From Flavobacteriaceae bacterium (GTDB taxonomy: Bacteria > Bacteroidota > Bacteroidia > Flavobacteriales > Flavobacteriaceae): 32,000 nucleotides of DNA. The translations under genes were made by a program, and so were the position numbers. The notes under the pieces are model-generated. The model ran no database searches, was not told where the DNA came from, and saw nothing but the letters and a program-made list of their open reading frames with translations. Below are positions 9,339 through 19,050 of this stretch, in pieces; the stretch's first letter is position 1, and every line of letters begins with the position of its first letter. The stretch is from the NCBI GenBank assembly GCA_965224465.1, contig OZ245049.1, positions 3,060,001 through 3,092,000 of the forward strand. The letters are read 5' to 3'.

Positions 9339-10331
9339 ATGACAAAATACAGGTTAGATTACAACGATATAGAAGATTTTTTTTTTGAAGCTAAAAACAG
9401 TTTTTATTCGGTAGATGAGTGTGGTACCCAAATCTTAGATTTCTCATATAATTATAAATCTATAAAGGGGCAGTACAAAGGGATTATTACCGATAATTTT
9501 AAGATTAGCTTTGGCAATGGAATTATTATAGATGATACGGTTATTGATTTTTCGTTTGAAGGAGAGACCGTAGAAATGCATTTTGCATTGGATGGGTTTT
9601 CTAATACAAAAATCACTAATATGAAAGATGATTTTTCAATTAAAACCAATGAACATAATATTTTTTATGGGAATGATATAAAGGGTGAATTGCAATGGGG
9701 CTCTAAAAACATGTCCTTTTTTAAAATAAATTTACAGCCGTGTTTTTTTGAGAAATACTTACCCAATGAATGTCTGTTTAGTACCTTTAAAAAGCTTATT
9801 CAGAATAAAGAAATTGGTTTTTTAAATCGATTTAATTATCCTATTACGCGCCAAATGCGTGCTGTTATTTGCGAAATAATACACTGTGAATGTAAAAATC
9901 AGTACCGATTGCTCTTTTTAGAGTCTAATATTTTAGTGCTTCTGTTATTGCAATTAGAGCAAATTAAAAGCTACAGTTTAAATACAATAACCTCTAAAAA
10001 ATCAAAAACTGTTTTGGAAAAAATGTATTATGCTAAAAATATAATTCTAGAAAAAATAAATAATCCGATGTGTTTATCTGATTTAGCGAGAGAGGTTAAC
10101 ACGAACGAGTGCACTTTGAAAAAGGAATTTAAAAATTTATTTGGCACTACGGTTTTCTCTTATATAAGGGATGTTAAAATGCAAAAAGCGAAGAAAATGT
10201 TGCTTTATCAAGAGCTATCGGTCAATGAGGTTTCTGATGTTTTGGGCTATAAAAACCCACAGCATTTTTCAACCGCTTTTAAAAAACAATACGGGGTAAC
10301 ACCGAGTAATGTAAAAAACATATATCGTTAA
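9339..10331 (+). CDS. AraC family transcriptional regulator
   Basis: C-terminal double HTH (LSDLAREVNTNECTLKKEFKNLFG ... VSDVLGYKNPQHFSTAFKKQYGVTPS). Divergent from the TonB receptor operon. Confidence 0.9.
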   Translation: MTKYRLDYNDIEDFFFEAKNSFYSVDECGTQILDFSYNYKSIKGQYKGIITDNFKISFGNGIIIDDTVIDFSFEGETVEMHFALDGFSNTKITNMKDDFSIKTNEHNIFYGNDIKGELQWGSKNMSFFKINLQPCFFEKYLPNECLFSTFKKLIQNKEIGFLNRFNYPITRQMRAVICEIIHCECKNQYRLLFLESNILVLLLLQLEQIKSYSLNTITSKKSKTVLEKMYYAKNIILEKINNPMCLSDLAREVNTNECTLKKEFKNLFGTTVFSYIRDVKMQKAKKMLLYQELSVNEVSDVLGYKNPQHFSTAFKKQYGVTPSNVKNIYR

Positions 10332-10361
10332 AAACCTCCCTTTATTCCACTTAAAATTAGT

Positions 10362-10442
10362 TGCGATTGTTTTTCAACAACGATAAAACGTAAAAGAAAC
10401 TATTTATATCGGTTATTTTGGATTGTAGTTGGTATAAGTAAC
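10362..10442 (+). repeat. R1 interspersed repeat, copy c
   Basis: tgcgattgtttttcaacaacgataaaacgtaaaagaaactatttatatcggttattttggattgtagttggtataagtaac. Located just after the AraC stop. Confidence 0.7.
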
Positions 10443-10475
10443 TGCTAGCATAAGATAAATTGATATGTTTGTAGG

Positions 10476-11258
10476 ATGAAAAACAATAGTACTTGTATTC
10501 GCCTAAATGCAGAGAAAGATCAAATGATGGGTTTAAAATCCCTTGAATATTTGGTTTGTTTCATTGTGTTTTTTACGTTGCTTTCTTTTAGAGGAGTTGC
10601 CCAAGAATACCCAAGTTTAAAGGAATATCAAAAAGTAACAGGCAGGCAGGTTTTACAAGAAGGCACTTGGCTTAGAAAGGATAGGAGGAGAAATAAAAAC
10701 CGTTGGAAAGCTGCAAATACATTCAATTTGTCTTTAAAAAAAGGGTTTTATAAATATGAAACAATAGGTCAGATACGTGATTTTTATACGTGGTTTGATG
10801 GGGAGCGTATTGCACAAGGAAGGCATTTTAAAAGTGCTGGAATTGCCGGGGTTGCCGCAAAACAATTGTCAAAAGTAGACCATGGGTGGATTCGTTTTTT
10901 TATTGTTAGGAATAAAGAAGTTGTTCGTTTTGTTCGACGGGGGTCTAAACAAGTATTTGAGTTCTCATTTCCGTTACTGCGCGAACGTTATTTTTCTAAA
11001 AATATCATGTCCCCAAAGGAGGCTGTTTTGTGGGATCATAGTAATGGCATTAAGGAACAGTGTCAAATATTAGATACTTTGTACCAAGGTTTGTCTCCAA
11101 AAGCATTTCATCGCTTAGAAAAAATGGCAAAAGGAGAGGGAGTTTTTTTCTTGGGAGTCCCTAAGTCATTGCGTTTTGAAGGGGATTTACTCAATTGTAA
11201 TCTGCGATTTACTCATGGGATTACAAAGATTTTAAACCATTACTTGTCTCGTCAATAA
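10476..11258 (+). CDS. Hypothetical secreted/membrane-anchored protein
   Basis: 260-aa ORF with a hydrophobic segment (LVCFIVFFTLLSF) after the possible internal starts at 10524/10527. I recognise no family. Confidence 0.5.
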   Translation: MKNNSTCIRLNAEKDQMMGLKSLEYLVCFIVFFTLLSFRGVAQEYPSLKEYQKVTGRQVLQEGTWLRKDRRRNKNRWKAANTFNLSLKKGFYKYETIGQIRDFYTWFDGERIAQGRHFKSAGIAGVAAKQLSKVDHGWIRFFIVRNKEVVRFVRRGSKQVFEFSFPLLRERYFSKNIMSPKEAVLWDHSNGIKEQCQILDTLYQGLSPKAFHRLEKMAKGEGVFFLGVPKSLRFEGDLLNCNLRFTHGITKILNHYLSRQ

Positions 11259-11310
11259 AAAGCATCACTTCGTGTAAGGATGGTTGTTTTTTTGTGTATT
11301 TTCGTCAGCT

Positions 11311-11877
11311 ATGAATCTTCAGAACTATATCAATACTATTGTCTCTTTTCCTGAGAAGGAAATGCAAATTATTAGAGGGGCTTTTAAAAAGATAACACTT
11401 AAAAAAGGACATGTATTGCTACAGGAAGGGGCCATTTGCAAACAACTTTATTTTCTAGAAAAAGGCTTGGCGCGAAGTTATTATGCCAATGATAAAGGGA
11501 AAGAAATCACCGTTTGGTTTTTTAAAGAGAATAGTTTTTTAGTAGGAATGGATAGTTTTTTCAATCAAATTCCCAGTACGCATACTACAGAGCTTTTGGA
11601 GGATTGTACTTTATATGCTATTTCGTATGAGAAGATGCACCAATTATTTGATGCATATCATCTGATGGAGCGTTTTGGACGTATCATAATTACCCAAATG
11701 ATGTGTACCATGCTAGACCGATTAAATGCCATACAGTTTCAAACGGCAAGAGAACGCTATGATTTTATGCTTAAAAAATACCCGAAAATAGTTTCTAGAG
11801 CTCCTTTAGGAACTATAGCGTCTTATTTAGGAATTACTCAAGAGACCCTGAGTAGAATTAGGTCTAAATCTTCATAA
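11311..11877 (+). CDS. Crp/Fnr family transcriptional regulator
   Basis: cNMP-binding beta-roll (LLQEGAICKQLYFLEKGLARSY) and C-terminal HTH (IASYLGITQETLSRIR). I prefer the ATG at 11311 to the TTG at 11284 given in the ORF track. Confidence 0.85.
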   Translation: MNLQNYINTIVSFPEKEMQIIRGAFKKITLKKGHVLLQEGAICKQLYFLEKGLARSYYANDKGKEITVWFFKENSFLVGMDSFFNQIPSTHTTELLEDCTLYAISYEKMHQLFDAYHLMERFGRIIITQMMCTMLDRLNAIQFQTARERYDFMLKKYPKIVSRAPLGTIASYLGITQETLSRIRSKSS

Positions 11878-11969
11878 GAGTAGGAATTATTTTATTTTTT
11901 GATATAGGTCAAAAAATTATTTTGTACTTTGTTATACCTTTGCGCTCTATTAACAGTGAGGATTAACGA

Positions 11970-13334
11970 ATGAGAAAAGTAATACAGTTTAGTATTTTAG
12001 TGTCCATACTTTCTATGGTGAATGTAGGACAATTGACTGCTCAACATAGCAATTCAGAATTATCGCATTTAATCAATAAAGCATTAGATAAAAGTAATGC
12101 CTTAAAGATTAACAGGTTGAGTATTGAGCAAACGCAGGCAGATCGTAAGAATGCTAAAAATACCTTTTTACCCAATTTCACCCTTAATGCAAGTTATACT
12201 AGATTAAACGATGCCATACGTTTTGATTCTAATTTGGTGAATTTACTTCAAGGAACCGAAAAACTATTGATTAAAGAAGCTGTTGGAATTCCTTTTAATA
12301 ATGCATTTCCAGCAGGGATTCCTACCAGTGATATTCCTCCTTTATTGGATCAAGATGTTCTCAAAGCATCGGTGGATATGGAGTGGGTTTTGTTTAGTGG
12401 ATTTAAAGTTTTAAATGCGGTAAAAGCCACGAAACACAAAGAGAAAGCCCAAGAATATGCTTTAGAAACCACCAAGACAAAAACGGTGATGGCTGTAAGT
12501 GATGCCTATTATAAGTTAGGATTGGTATTGGCATCAGAACGCGTATTAAAAAGCAGTGAAAAATATTTAAAAGTACAAGAAAAATTTGTTAGAGCTGCCA
12601 TTAAAAACGGATTGGCTATTCCTATAGATCGACAAAAAATTATTCTTGCGACTAAGCGTTTAGAAGTAAAAAAACTGGAAGTTCAGAATAAAAAAGCGCT
12701 TGTTATTGCATTGTTATATCAACTTACAGGAGAGGATAAATCAAAATTAAATAGCTTGATTCCTGTCTTAAGTTCATTTTCTGAAATTACCATAGCTCCT
12801 CGTAAAAAGAGAAGTGAAGTGAGTTCGCTAGAAGAAGTGATACGGGCAACATCTTATCAAGAGAAGATGGAACAAACCAATTTTGTTCCAAAAATAGCAG
12901 CCAAAGGACATTACGAACTCTTAGAAGACGATTTGTCTTTATTAGACCCAAAATGGTATATCGGTGTGGGGGTCAAATGGAAAGTGTTTGATGGGTTTAA
13001 AGCGCACACGAATAGAAAAAAAATAAGAGCTACACGTTCTAAATATGAAGCTCAATTGTCAGAAGCTAAAGAATTAATAGCATTGAGCGAAACAAAATAC
13101 TCTTTTACACTTCAGTCCATCAATAAAAAGATAGTGATGGTGCAACAAGAAGTAGTGTTAGCAGAAGATATGTATCATTTTGTCACAAAACAATACCGTA
13201 ATGGCCTGACAACTATTACGGAATTAATGGATGCCATTAATGAGGTTGAAAAATCGAATTTTAATTTACAAAACGCATTTTACCAACAGCGAATAGCACG
13301 ATTGAATGTATTAAAAGCTAAAGGACAGCTTTAA
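11970..13334 (+). CDS. TolC family outer-membrane efflux protein
   Basis: Signal peptide and two-repeat coiled-coil/beta layout (NPNFTLNASYTRLN ... WYIGVGVKWKVFDGF). First gene of the efflux operon. Confidence 0.9.
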   Translation: MRKVIQFSILVSILSMVNVGQLTAQHSNSELSHLINKALDKSNALKINRLSIEQTQADRKNAKNTFLPNFTLNASYTRLNDAIRFDSNLVNLLQGTEKLLIKEAVGIPFNNAFPAGIPTSDIPPLLDQDVLKASVDMEWVLFSGFKVLNAVKATKHKEKAQEYALETTKTKTVMAVSDAYYKLGLVLASERVLKSSEKYLKVQEKFVRAAIKNGLAIPIDRQKIILATKRLEVKKLEVQNKKALVIALLYQLTGEDKSKLNSLIPVLSSFSEITIAPRKKRSEVSSLEEVIRATSYQEKMEQTNFVPKIAAKGHYELLEDDLSLLDPKWYIGVGVKWKVFDGFKAHTNRKKIRATRSKYEAQLSEAKELIALSETKYSFTLQSINKKIVMVQQEVVLAEDMYHFVTKQYRNGLTTITELMDAINEVEKSNFNLQNAFYQQRIARLNVLKAKGQL

Positions 13335-13354
13335 TTTAAGAAGAAAAGATAATT

Positions 13355-14314
13355 ATGAATAAATTTGTTAAAAACATATGCTTTCTTATAGGCACAGCTG
13401 CCTTATTATTCAGTTGTGGAAGGGAAGAAATTACAGAACTTAAAGGGAAAGTGAAATTTGAAACCCTATCTGTTACTACAAAAATTGCAGGTAGAATTAC
13501 CGAGGTCTATGTTGTGGAAGGACAACAGGTAAAAAAAGGAGATACGCTGGCTATTATTGATATGCCAGAAGTTCAAGCAAAACTATCTCAAGTAGCAGGA
13601 GCTATTGAGGCGGCAGAAGCTCAACTTTTAATGGCTCACAATGGTGCTACAAACGAACAAATTGCCCAAATAGATGGGAAGTTAGATGCTGCAAAAGCAC
13701 AATTAACTTTTGCAAAAGAATCTTTTTCTCGTGTAGGAAATATGTTTAAAGACTCCTTAGTTTCTTCTCAGAAATACGACGAAGTACGGATGAAATTAGA
13801 CATGGCATCTGCCCAAGTAAAAGCGATACAAGCCAAACGAAAAGATGTATTAAATGGAACACGTAGAGAAATTATTTTACAGGCAAAAGGACAGTTAGCT
13901 CGTGCTAATGGGATGAGACAGGAAGTTTTAGTAGCTAAAGGTGAACAGTATGTAATTGCCCCAGTAGCCATGTCTATAGAAACAATTACTTTGCGTAAAG
14001 GAGAATTAGCAACGCCTGGTTATTCCCTGTTTAATGGTTATGAACTCAGTAGCCTGTATTTTAGGTTTACCGTTAGCGAATCTAAGGTTTATGACTATAA
14101 AATTGGACAAGAATTAACCGTAGTAAATCCCTATACTCACAAGGAGTTTCCTTCCAAGATAATTGCGATTAAACAACTAGCTCGCTATGCAGATATTACC
14201 AGTACTTCTCCAATGTATACATTAACAGAGGCCGTGTATGAGTTAAAACTTATCCCCTTGGAACAGATAAAAACTCAGGATATGTACCTTAATTCAACCG
14301 TTTTAATCAACTAG
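13355..14314 (+). CDS. HlyD family periplasmic adaptor (membrane fusion protein)
   Basis: Lipoyl-like hairpin (GRITEVYVVEGQQVKKGDTLAIID), a long alpha-helical hairpin and a C-terminal beta domain. Lies 20 nt after the TolC gene. Confidence 0.9.
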   Translation: MNKFVKNICFLIGTAALLFSCGREEITELKGKVKFETLSVTTKIAGRITEVYVVEGQQVKKGDTLAIIDMPEVQAKLSQVAGAIEAAEAQLLMAHNGATNEQIAQIDGKLDAAKAQLTFAKESFSRVGNMFKDSLVSSQKYDEVRMKLDMASAQVKAIQAKRKDVLNGTRREIILQAKGQLARANGMRQEVLVAKGEQYVIAPVAMSIETITLRKGELATPGYSLFNGYELSSLYFRFTVSESKVYDYKIGQELTVVNPYTHKEFPSKIIAIKQLARYADITSTSPMYTLTEAVYELKLIPLEQIKTQDMYLNSTVLIN

Positions 14315-14317
14315 ACG

Positions 14318-15493
14318 ATGAAACAATTTGTACAATTAGTAAAGGTTGAATTTAGTCGAATATTTTCAAATAATGTGCTCTTAGCCATCTTTTTTGGAGC
14401 ACCTGTATTATATGGACTACTGTTTGGGTATGTGTATAAACAAGCCAAAGTATTGGATTTGCCTATTGTTCTTATCGATCAAGATATGAGTCCTTTAAGT
14501 GATAAAATTACGGACGCTTTACATGATAATGAAACTATAAAAATTGTCGAATTTAAAGGAGGTATCGAAGACATTGCAACATTAATGCCTCGCAATGGGT
14601 ATACTGCAGTGCTCACAATTCCAAGTAGGTTTGAAGCGGATGTTTTACAAAAAAGATATCCAGAAATAAGAGTGGATTTAAATATGACCAATATTTTAAA
14701 TGCCAATTTTGCAAGTAAGAATATTTTGAAAATTTTAGGAACTCTAAAAGCGGGTATTGAAATTGAGGGTCTTAAAAAACAAGGCATGTCTCCACAGCAA
14801 GCCTTAAAATCGTATGAGCCGTTTAAAACCAATTTTAATAAATTGTACAATTCCTCGGGAAACTATACCGTTTTTATGATGCCTGGCTTGATGGGAGCTA
14901 TTATGCAGCAAATTATATTTTTGGGATTGGCATTGGTTTTTGCACGTGATTTTGAAGATGGGTATTTTACAACCTTAATTAAAAAAAGCAGATGGTCTCT
15001 GTATCATGTACTGCTTAAAATGACTCCCTTTATATTTTTAGTTACCATTGTGTGGGTGGCAGTTGCATGTTTTGTGCCTTATTTTAACATAGAGGTAGAT
15101 GTGTTTACAGGAGCCATGCTTGTACTGGTCGTTTTATTGTCACTAGCAGCTATTTTAATTGGAATGTTGTTCTCGATATTAATTCCAAATCAATTAAAAG
15201 CTACAGAATTATTAATGGTTATTTCTACCCCAGCATTTGTGTTGAGTGGGTTTACATGGCCTATGTCTGCAATGCCTGTATTTATTCAAAAGATAGCTCA
15301 AATTATTCCCCTTACTCATTTTTTAGAAGGGTTTAAAAAAACAGCTTTGTACGGAGGTGGAATCGCAGATATTGTGCCAGAGATACAATCTTTACTAATG
15401 ATTATACTTAGTAGCTTTATCTTTATTTTGGTAGCGTTGCAAACCAAAATTGAAATAACTCGGAAAAAGAATAAATTAACTTCCCCAAATTAA
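14318..15493 (+). CDS. ABC-2 type transporter permease (YhhJ-like)
   Basis: N-terminal TM helix, a ~150-aa periplasmic loop, then five C-terminal TM helices. Lies 3 nt after the HlyD gene. No ATPase gene is present in the operon. Confidence 0.85.
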   Translation: MKQFVQLVKVEFSRIFSNNVLLAIFFGAPVLYGLLFGYVYKQAKVLDLPIVLIDQDMSPLSDKITDALHDNETIKIVEFKGGIEDIATLMPRNGYTAVLTIPSRFEADVLQKRYPEIRVDLNMTNILNANFASKNILKILGTLKAGIEIEGLKKQGMSPQQALKSYEPFKTNFNKLYNSSGNYTVFMMPGLMGAIMQQIIFLGLALVFARDFEDGYFTTLIKKSRWSLYHVLLKMTPFIFLVTIVWVAVACFVPYFNIEVDVFTGAMLVLVVLLSLAAILIGMLFSILIPNQLKATELLMVISTPAFVLSGFTWPMSAMPVFIQKIAQIIPLTHFLEGFKKTALYGGGIADIVPEIQSLLMIILSSFIFILVALQTKIEITRKKNKLTSPN

Positions 15494-15504
15494 GAATAAA
15501 AATT

Positions 15505-15582
15505 AGGCGATTTAGCACTATACAGCGTTAATGTTCGAATTACTTTGTTAAATAGGAAACCCAATTTCTCGCTAAATCGCCT
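15505..15582. repeat. Perfect 12-bp inverted repeat with 54-nt spacer followed by a T-run (terminator-like)
   Basis: aggcgatttagc (15505-15516) pairs with gctaaatcgcct (15571-15582), followed by tttttc. Lies between convergent genes. Confidence 0.4.
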
Positions 15583-15802
15583 TTTTTCTTACCAACAAAG
15601 AACTAAATAATATCAAATACATCTCCAAGTGATTGTTTAGAAATGGAATTGGTATAAGTACATGAGTTCCTTGTTTCTGCGTTACAATATGATATTTTTT
15701 TTAATAAAAACCTGAGAACCTTTGTTTTATTTTGTTTTTTTGGTGGTATTCTTTCCGTAACCTTGTCAAATGTTATTTTTAATCGGTTTTTTGAGAATCA
15801 AT

Positions 15803-16396
15803 TTAAAGATATACCTTTCTGTTTATAATTTGAATAGCCCCATTGGTTTCAAGTAATTTGATGGCTCTAATTACAGTTTCTACTCGGAGCCCTGTTAGAT
15901 TTGCTAATTCTTGGCGAGTCAGTTCTATTTTAAAGAGGGTTTTTGAATCTGAGTTTTTAGAATATTTTTTTATGTAATTTAAGATACTTAGGATGATATG
16001 AGAAGGGTTTTCATAAGATATTTCTGAAGCTATTAAAGATTTAAAATAAAGGCGTTTTGCAAACGATTTGGTGATTTCTATACAGTGGGTAGGTTGTGAG
16101 ATCAATTCCAAGAAATCAGCCTTAGGAAGCTGCATAATCACCGCGTTTTTGACAACTTCTGCATTGGATGGATAAGGCCTGTCTACCAATAACGGAGGTT
16201 CTCCAAAACTGGCACCTTCTTTAAAAATTCCCTGTATAAATTCTTTTCCTTGATCGTTAAAATTATTGATTTTTACCTCTCCAGAAATTATTTGAAAATA
16301 GTAGAGAGCCAGTTCCTCTTTCTCAAATATAAACTCCCCTTTTTTATAGGTTTTGCTAATAGCACCATGTTTTTGTAATAATTTAATTGCAATCAT
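15803..16396 (-). CDS. Crp/Fnr family transcriptional regulator
   Basis: cNMP-binding domain (FEKEELALYYFQIISGEVKI ... FGEPPLL) and C-terminal HTH (LANLTGLRVETVIRAIK). Confidence 0.85.
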   Translation of the reverse strand: MIAIKLLQKHGAISKTYKKGEFIFEKEELALYYFQIISGEVKINNFNDQGKEFIQGIFKEGASFGEPPLLVDRPYPSNAEVVKNAVIMQLPKADFLELISQPTHCIEITKSFAKRLYFKSLIASEISYENPSHIILSILNYIKKYSKNSDSKTLFKIELTRQELANLTGLRVETVIRAIKLLETNGAIQIINRKVYL

Positions 16397-16589
16397 AATT
16401 AAAGCGATGTTTACAGATGAGCAAAATTACTGATATTATGTAGAACTAGTCTAAATAATTAAATTCATTTTAGACAGTCGGGAAGCACATCGCTTTTGTA
16501 AAAACCAATGTTTATTTGTGTATCGGGTGCGTACCTAATCAAAAAGAGACTGCTGGCATAAGAACTACAAATCAGGAACTAACAGAAAT

Positions 16590-16670
16590 AGAATAGCTAG
16601 CACAGGTCAATACATAAACTATTAATATTGGATATTTTGGATTGTAATTGGTATTACTTAATTTAGAGTA
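16590..16670 (+). repeat. R1 interspersed repeat, copy d (5' part degenerate)
   Basis: ...gctagcacaggtcaatacataaactattaatattggatattttggattgtaattggtattactta aligns with the 3' two-thirds of R1. Confidence 0.6.
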
Positions 16671-16723
16671 AGTATCTTTGAATGATGTTTAGTGATAACT
16701 TAAAAAAAATAGAGGCTTGAAAC

Positions 16724-17863
16724 TTGCTGCTATTCTTACTACTAGGCGTTTTACGTAACGTATATCAACTAAATTTCCAACCATCCGTGAAAAAAAGAAT
16801 AATAGGAATTGATGTGGCAAGAGCTTTTGCAGTTATCGGAATGATAATTGTAAATTTTAAAGTTGTATTTGGAGGAAATGGACAGCATTGGGTACAATCA
16901 TTTGCAGGTGTTTTTGAAGGGAAAGCAGCAGCAACATTTGTAGTTTTAGCGGGAGTAGGTCTTGCGCTAATGACAAACACTGCAATTAAAAATAATGACC
17001 AAGCCAAATTAAGAATTGCTCGGAATAGGATTCTAAAAAGGGCATTGTTTTTATTTGTTATAGGAATTTCTTATATAGCAATTTGGCCAGCGGATATCTT
17101 GCATTTCTATGGGGTTTATATGGCAATTGTAATCTTGCTCTTAACCAGTAAGGAAAAAACTATTGTAATTTCAGCTATTTCTCTTATTGTATTCTTTCCA
17201 ATACTAATGACTTTTTGGAATTACGAAACAGGATGGAATTTTGAAACATTAGACTATCAAGATTTTTGGACAATCAAAGGTTTTATAAAGAATCTATTTT
17301 TTAATGGTTTTCACCCAGTAATTCCTTGGGCTTCCTTTATGTTATTTGGTTATTGGTATGGTAAACAAGATTTACATAACGTCAAATTCGTAAAAAAGAT
17401 TTTTTGGATTAGTTCAATCATTTTTATTTCTATTCAAGCATTGTCTTTTATTTCTATCTTATTTTTATCAGAAGGAAACCCAGAAGTTGCAAAGGAATTA
17501 AACGAAATTATTGGAACCAATCCAATGCCACCATTGCCTATTTATATGATAAATGGAATTGCAGTAGCATTTTCAATAATATCAGCATGTATAATAATTG
17601 CCAAACGATTTGAGAATAGTTTTATAATTGACGCTTTAAATAAAACGGGTCAATTGGCATTAACCTTCTATGTAGCCCACGTAATTATTGGAATGGGAAT
17701 AATTGATACAATAGACCCAAATAAAATGGGGAACTATTCAATTGAATTCTCGGTAATATACGCTTTAGTATTTAGTGTGTGTTGTATAATATTTGCAGTG
17801 ATTTGGAGGAAATACAAAAAATCGGGACCTTTAGAATGGATAATGCGAAAAATCACGGATTAA
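16724..17863 (+). CDS. DUF418/DUF1624-type membrane protein (YeiB / heparan-alpha-glucosaminide N-acetyltransferase-like)
   Basis: KRIIGIDVARAFAVIGMIIVNF N-terminal motif, ~10 TM helices, C-terminal GPLEWIMRKIT motif typical of DUF418. TTG start, so the exact N-terminus is uncertain. Confidence 0.75.
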   Translation: MLLFLLLGVLRNVYQLNFQPSVKKRIIGIDVARAFAVIGMIIVNFKVVFGGNGQHWVQSFAGVFEGKAAATFVVLAGVGLALMTNTAIKNNDQAKLRIARNRILKRALFLFVIGISYIAIWPADILHFYGVYMAIVILLLTSKEKTIVISAISLIVFFPILMTFWNYETGWNFETLDYQDFWTIKGFIKNLFFNGFHPVIPWASFMLFGYWYGKQDLHNVKFVKKIFWISSIIFISIQALSFISILFLSEGNPEVAKELNEIIGTNPMPPLPIYMINGIAVAFSIISACIIIAKRFENSFIIDALNKTGQLALTFYVAHVIIGMGIIDTIDPNKMGNYSIEFSVIYALVFSVCCIIFAVIWRKYKKSGPLEWIMRKITD

Positions 17864-18080
17864 GAATGTCGTTGCCTAATTGGCTGCCGAGTTTTATTTG
17901 CGCTATCGATTATGGTCAACTTGTGCCACTTTAAAAGATCAAGTTCAATTAAATTATTGCCCAATACACTTGCTCCGATGGACTTAAAAAAATCATCACG
18001 AAACATAAAAGAAGCAATCGTAATGAGAAAAATAAATAATTTTATGATTTGTTTAGGGGGAATATGGATGGATATCCTTT

Positions 18081-18344
18081 GCTATCGTTCTATTTTTTAA
18101 CAACGCTAGAACGTAAAACAACCTGTTTATATCGGTTATTTTGGATTTTAATTGGTGTTAGGTTATGCTTCTCCAAAAACCACAAAGATTTACACCAAGA
18201 CCATCGAGATAAACAATAAATAATTATTGGACCGCTTGAAAATTTAAAAAATTTGAATACTTTTAACAAAAAAACGACACATAACCCTAAACTATTATAG
18301 ACATAACGTCAATTTTTGGAAGTTTATGGATGATATACGGGTGT
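18081..18344 (+). repeat. R1-long: R1 core plus tyrosine-recombinase 3'-end remnant plus shared leader (cassette 1 left flank)
   Basis: R1 core 18081-18155. 18155-18223 then reads VLGYASPKTTKIYTKTIEINNK*, which is the ...LGHxSxKTTEIYTH... tail (including the catalytic Tyr) of a tyrosine recombinase. Stops lie immediately upstream, so there is no recombinase body. The shared block ends with gatatacgggtgt (18332-18344). Paralogous to 20252-20522. Confidence 0.8.
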
Positions 18345-18346
18345 AA

Positions 18347-19042
18347 TATGTTGCAAGACGAAAATTAGAATTAAATTATTTGGTAAAATTTTAAATAAGG
18401 AAATTGAGAAATTAAAAGATGGAGGTCGAATTGATGAAAACTTAATGCATAATCTTATTTTTCAACAGAGTAGTGATAACCCAGAACTTGGCGATTTATG
18501 GCTAATAATTGAAGATTTTATATATTTCAAAGGATTTTTTTAAAGAAAATTAGATAAAATTGAAATAGAAGGAGATTTGCTATTCAACAAAGAGTTCTCT
18601 ACAGAAGAACAAAGATTTCTCAACTCTTTGGGCGAAAAATGATTAACAAAACGACCAGGCATCTTAATTATTCCCTGACGAAGGAAAATGTATAATTATT
18701 AAATTTAAAGGACCTAACACAAATATTTCAGAACATTTAACGCAAATATATTTTTTTACAACTCTAATACGTAATTATACAAATGATAAATTCCAAGTAA
18801 CTACATTTTATGGCTATTTAATTTGAGAAAGTATGGAAGATAGAGACGTTAGAGGTCGATTTAGTAGGTTTGAACATTCTTATCATTTAGATTATTGGTT
18901 TCTACCATATGAAAATGTAAACAGTTTTGATAATCGATCAAATGGTTCAATTTACAAAGAAGTCTTAAAGTATAGTACAATATTAGAATGTGTTAAACTT
19001 AGAAATAGAATTTTCATTAATAAATTTGAAAACACAAAATAA
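18347..19042 (+). pseudogene. Decayed, internally deleted gene of the GHKL-ATPase/PD-(D/E)xK nuclease class (only a C-terminal nuclease-like region remains)
   Basis: Joining three frames gives LFGKILNKEIEKLKDGGRIDENLMHNLIFQQSSDNPELGDLWLIIEDFIYFKG / KLDKIEIEGDLLFNKEFSTEEQRFLNSLGEK / KRPGILIIPDEGKCIIIKFKGPNTNISEHLTQIYFF...FYGYLI / MEDRDVRG...RNRIFINKFENTK*. There are at least 4 frame disruptions (near 18541, 18640, 18676 and 18823). The motif order parallels the C-terminus of ORF 20544..22535. Confidence 0.6.
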
Positions 19043-19050
19043 GGAAATCA

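Noticed and set aside
15505-15582. Possible tRNA (78 nt, paired ends, internal GTTCGAAT)
   Set aside because: The terminal helix is 12 bp rather than 7. The T-loop-like motif sits in the middle rather than near the 3' end. No D-arm, anticodon-arm or T-arm cloverleaf can be drawn on either strand.
17864-18075. Small ORFs between the DUF418-like gene and R1 (track ORF 17912..18100, and a 49-aa minus-strand ORF MFRDDFFKSIGASVLGNN...)
   Set aside because: They are short with no motifs or convincing start context. The plus-strand one runs into the R1 repeat. Support is insufficient to call them genes.
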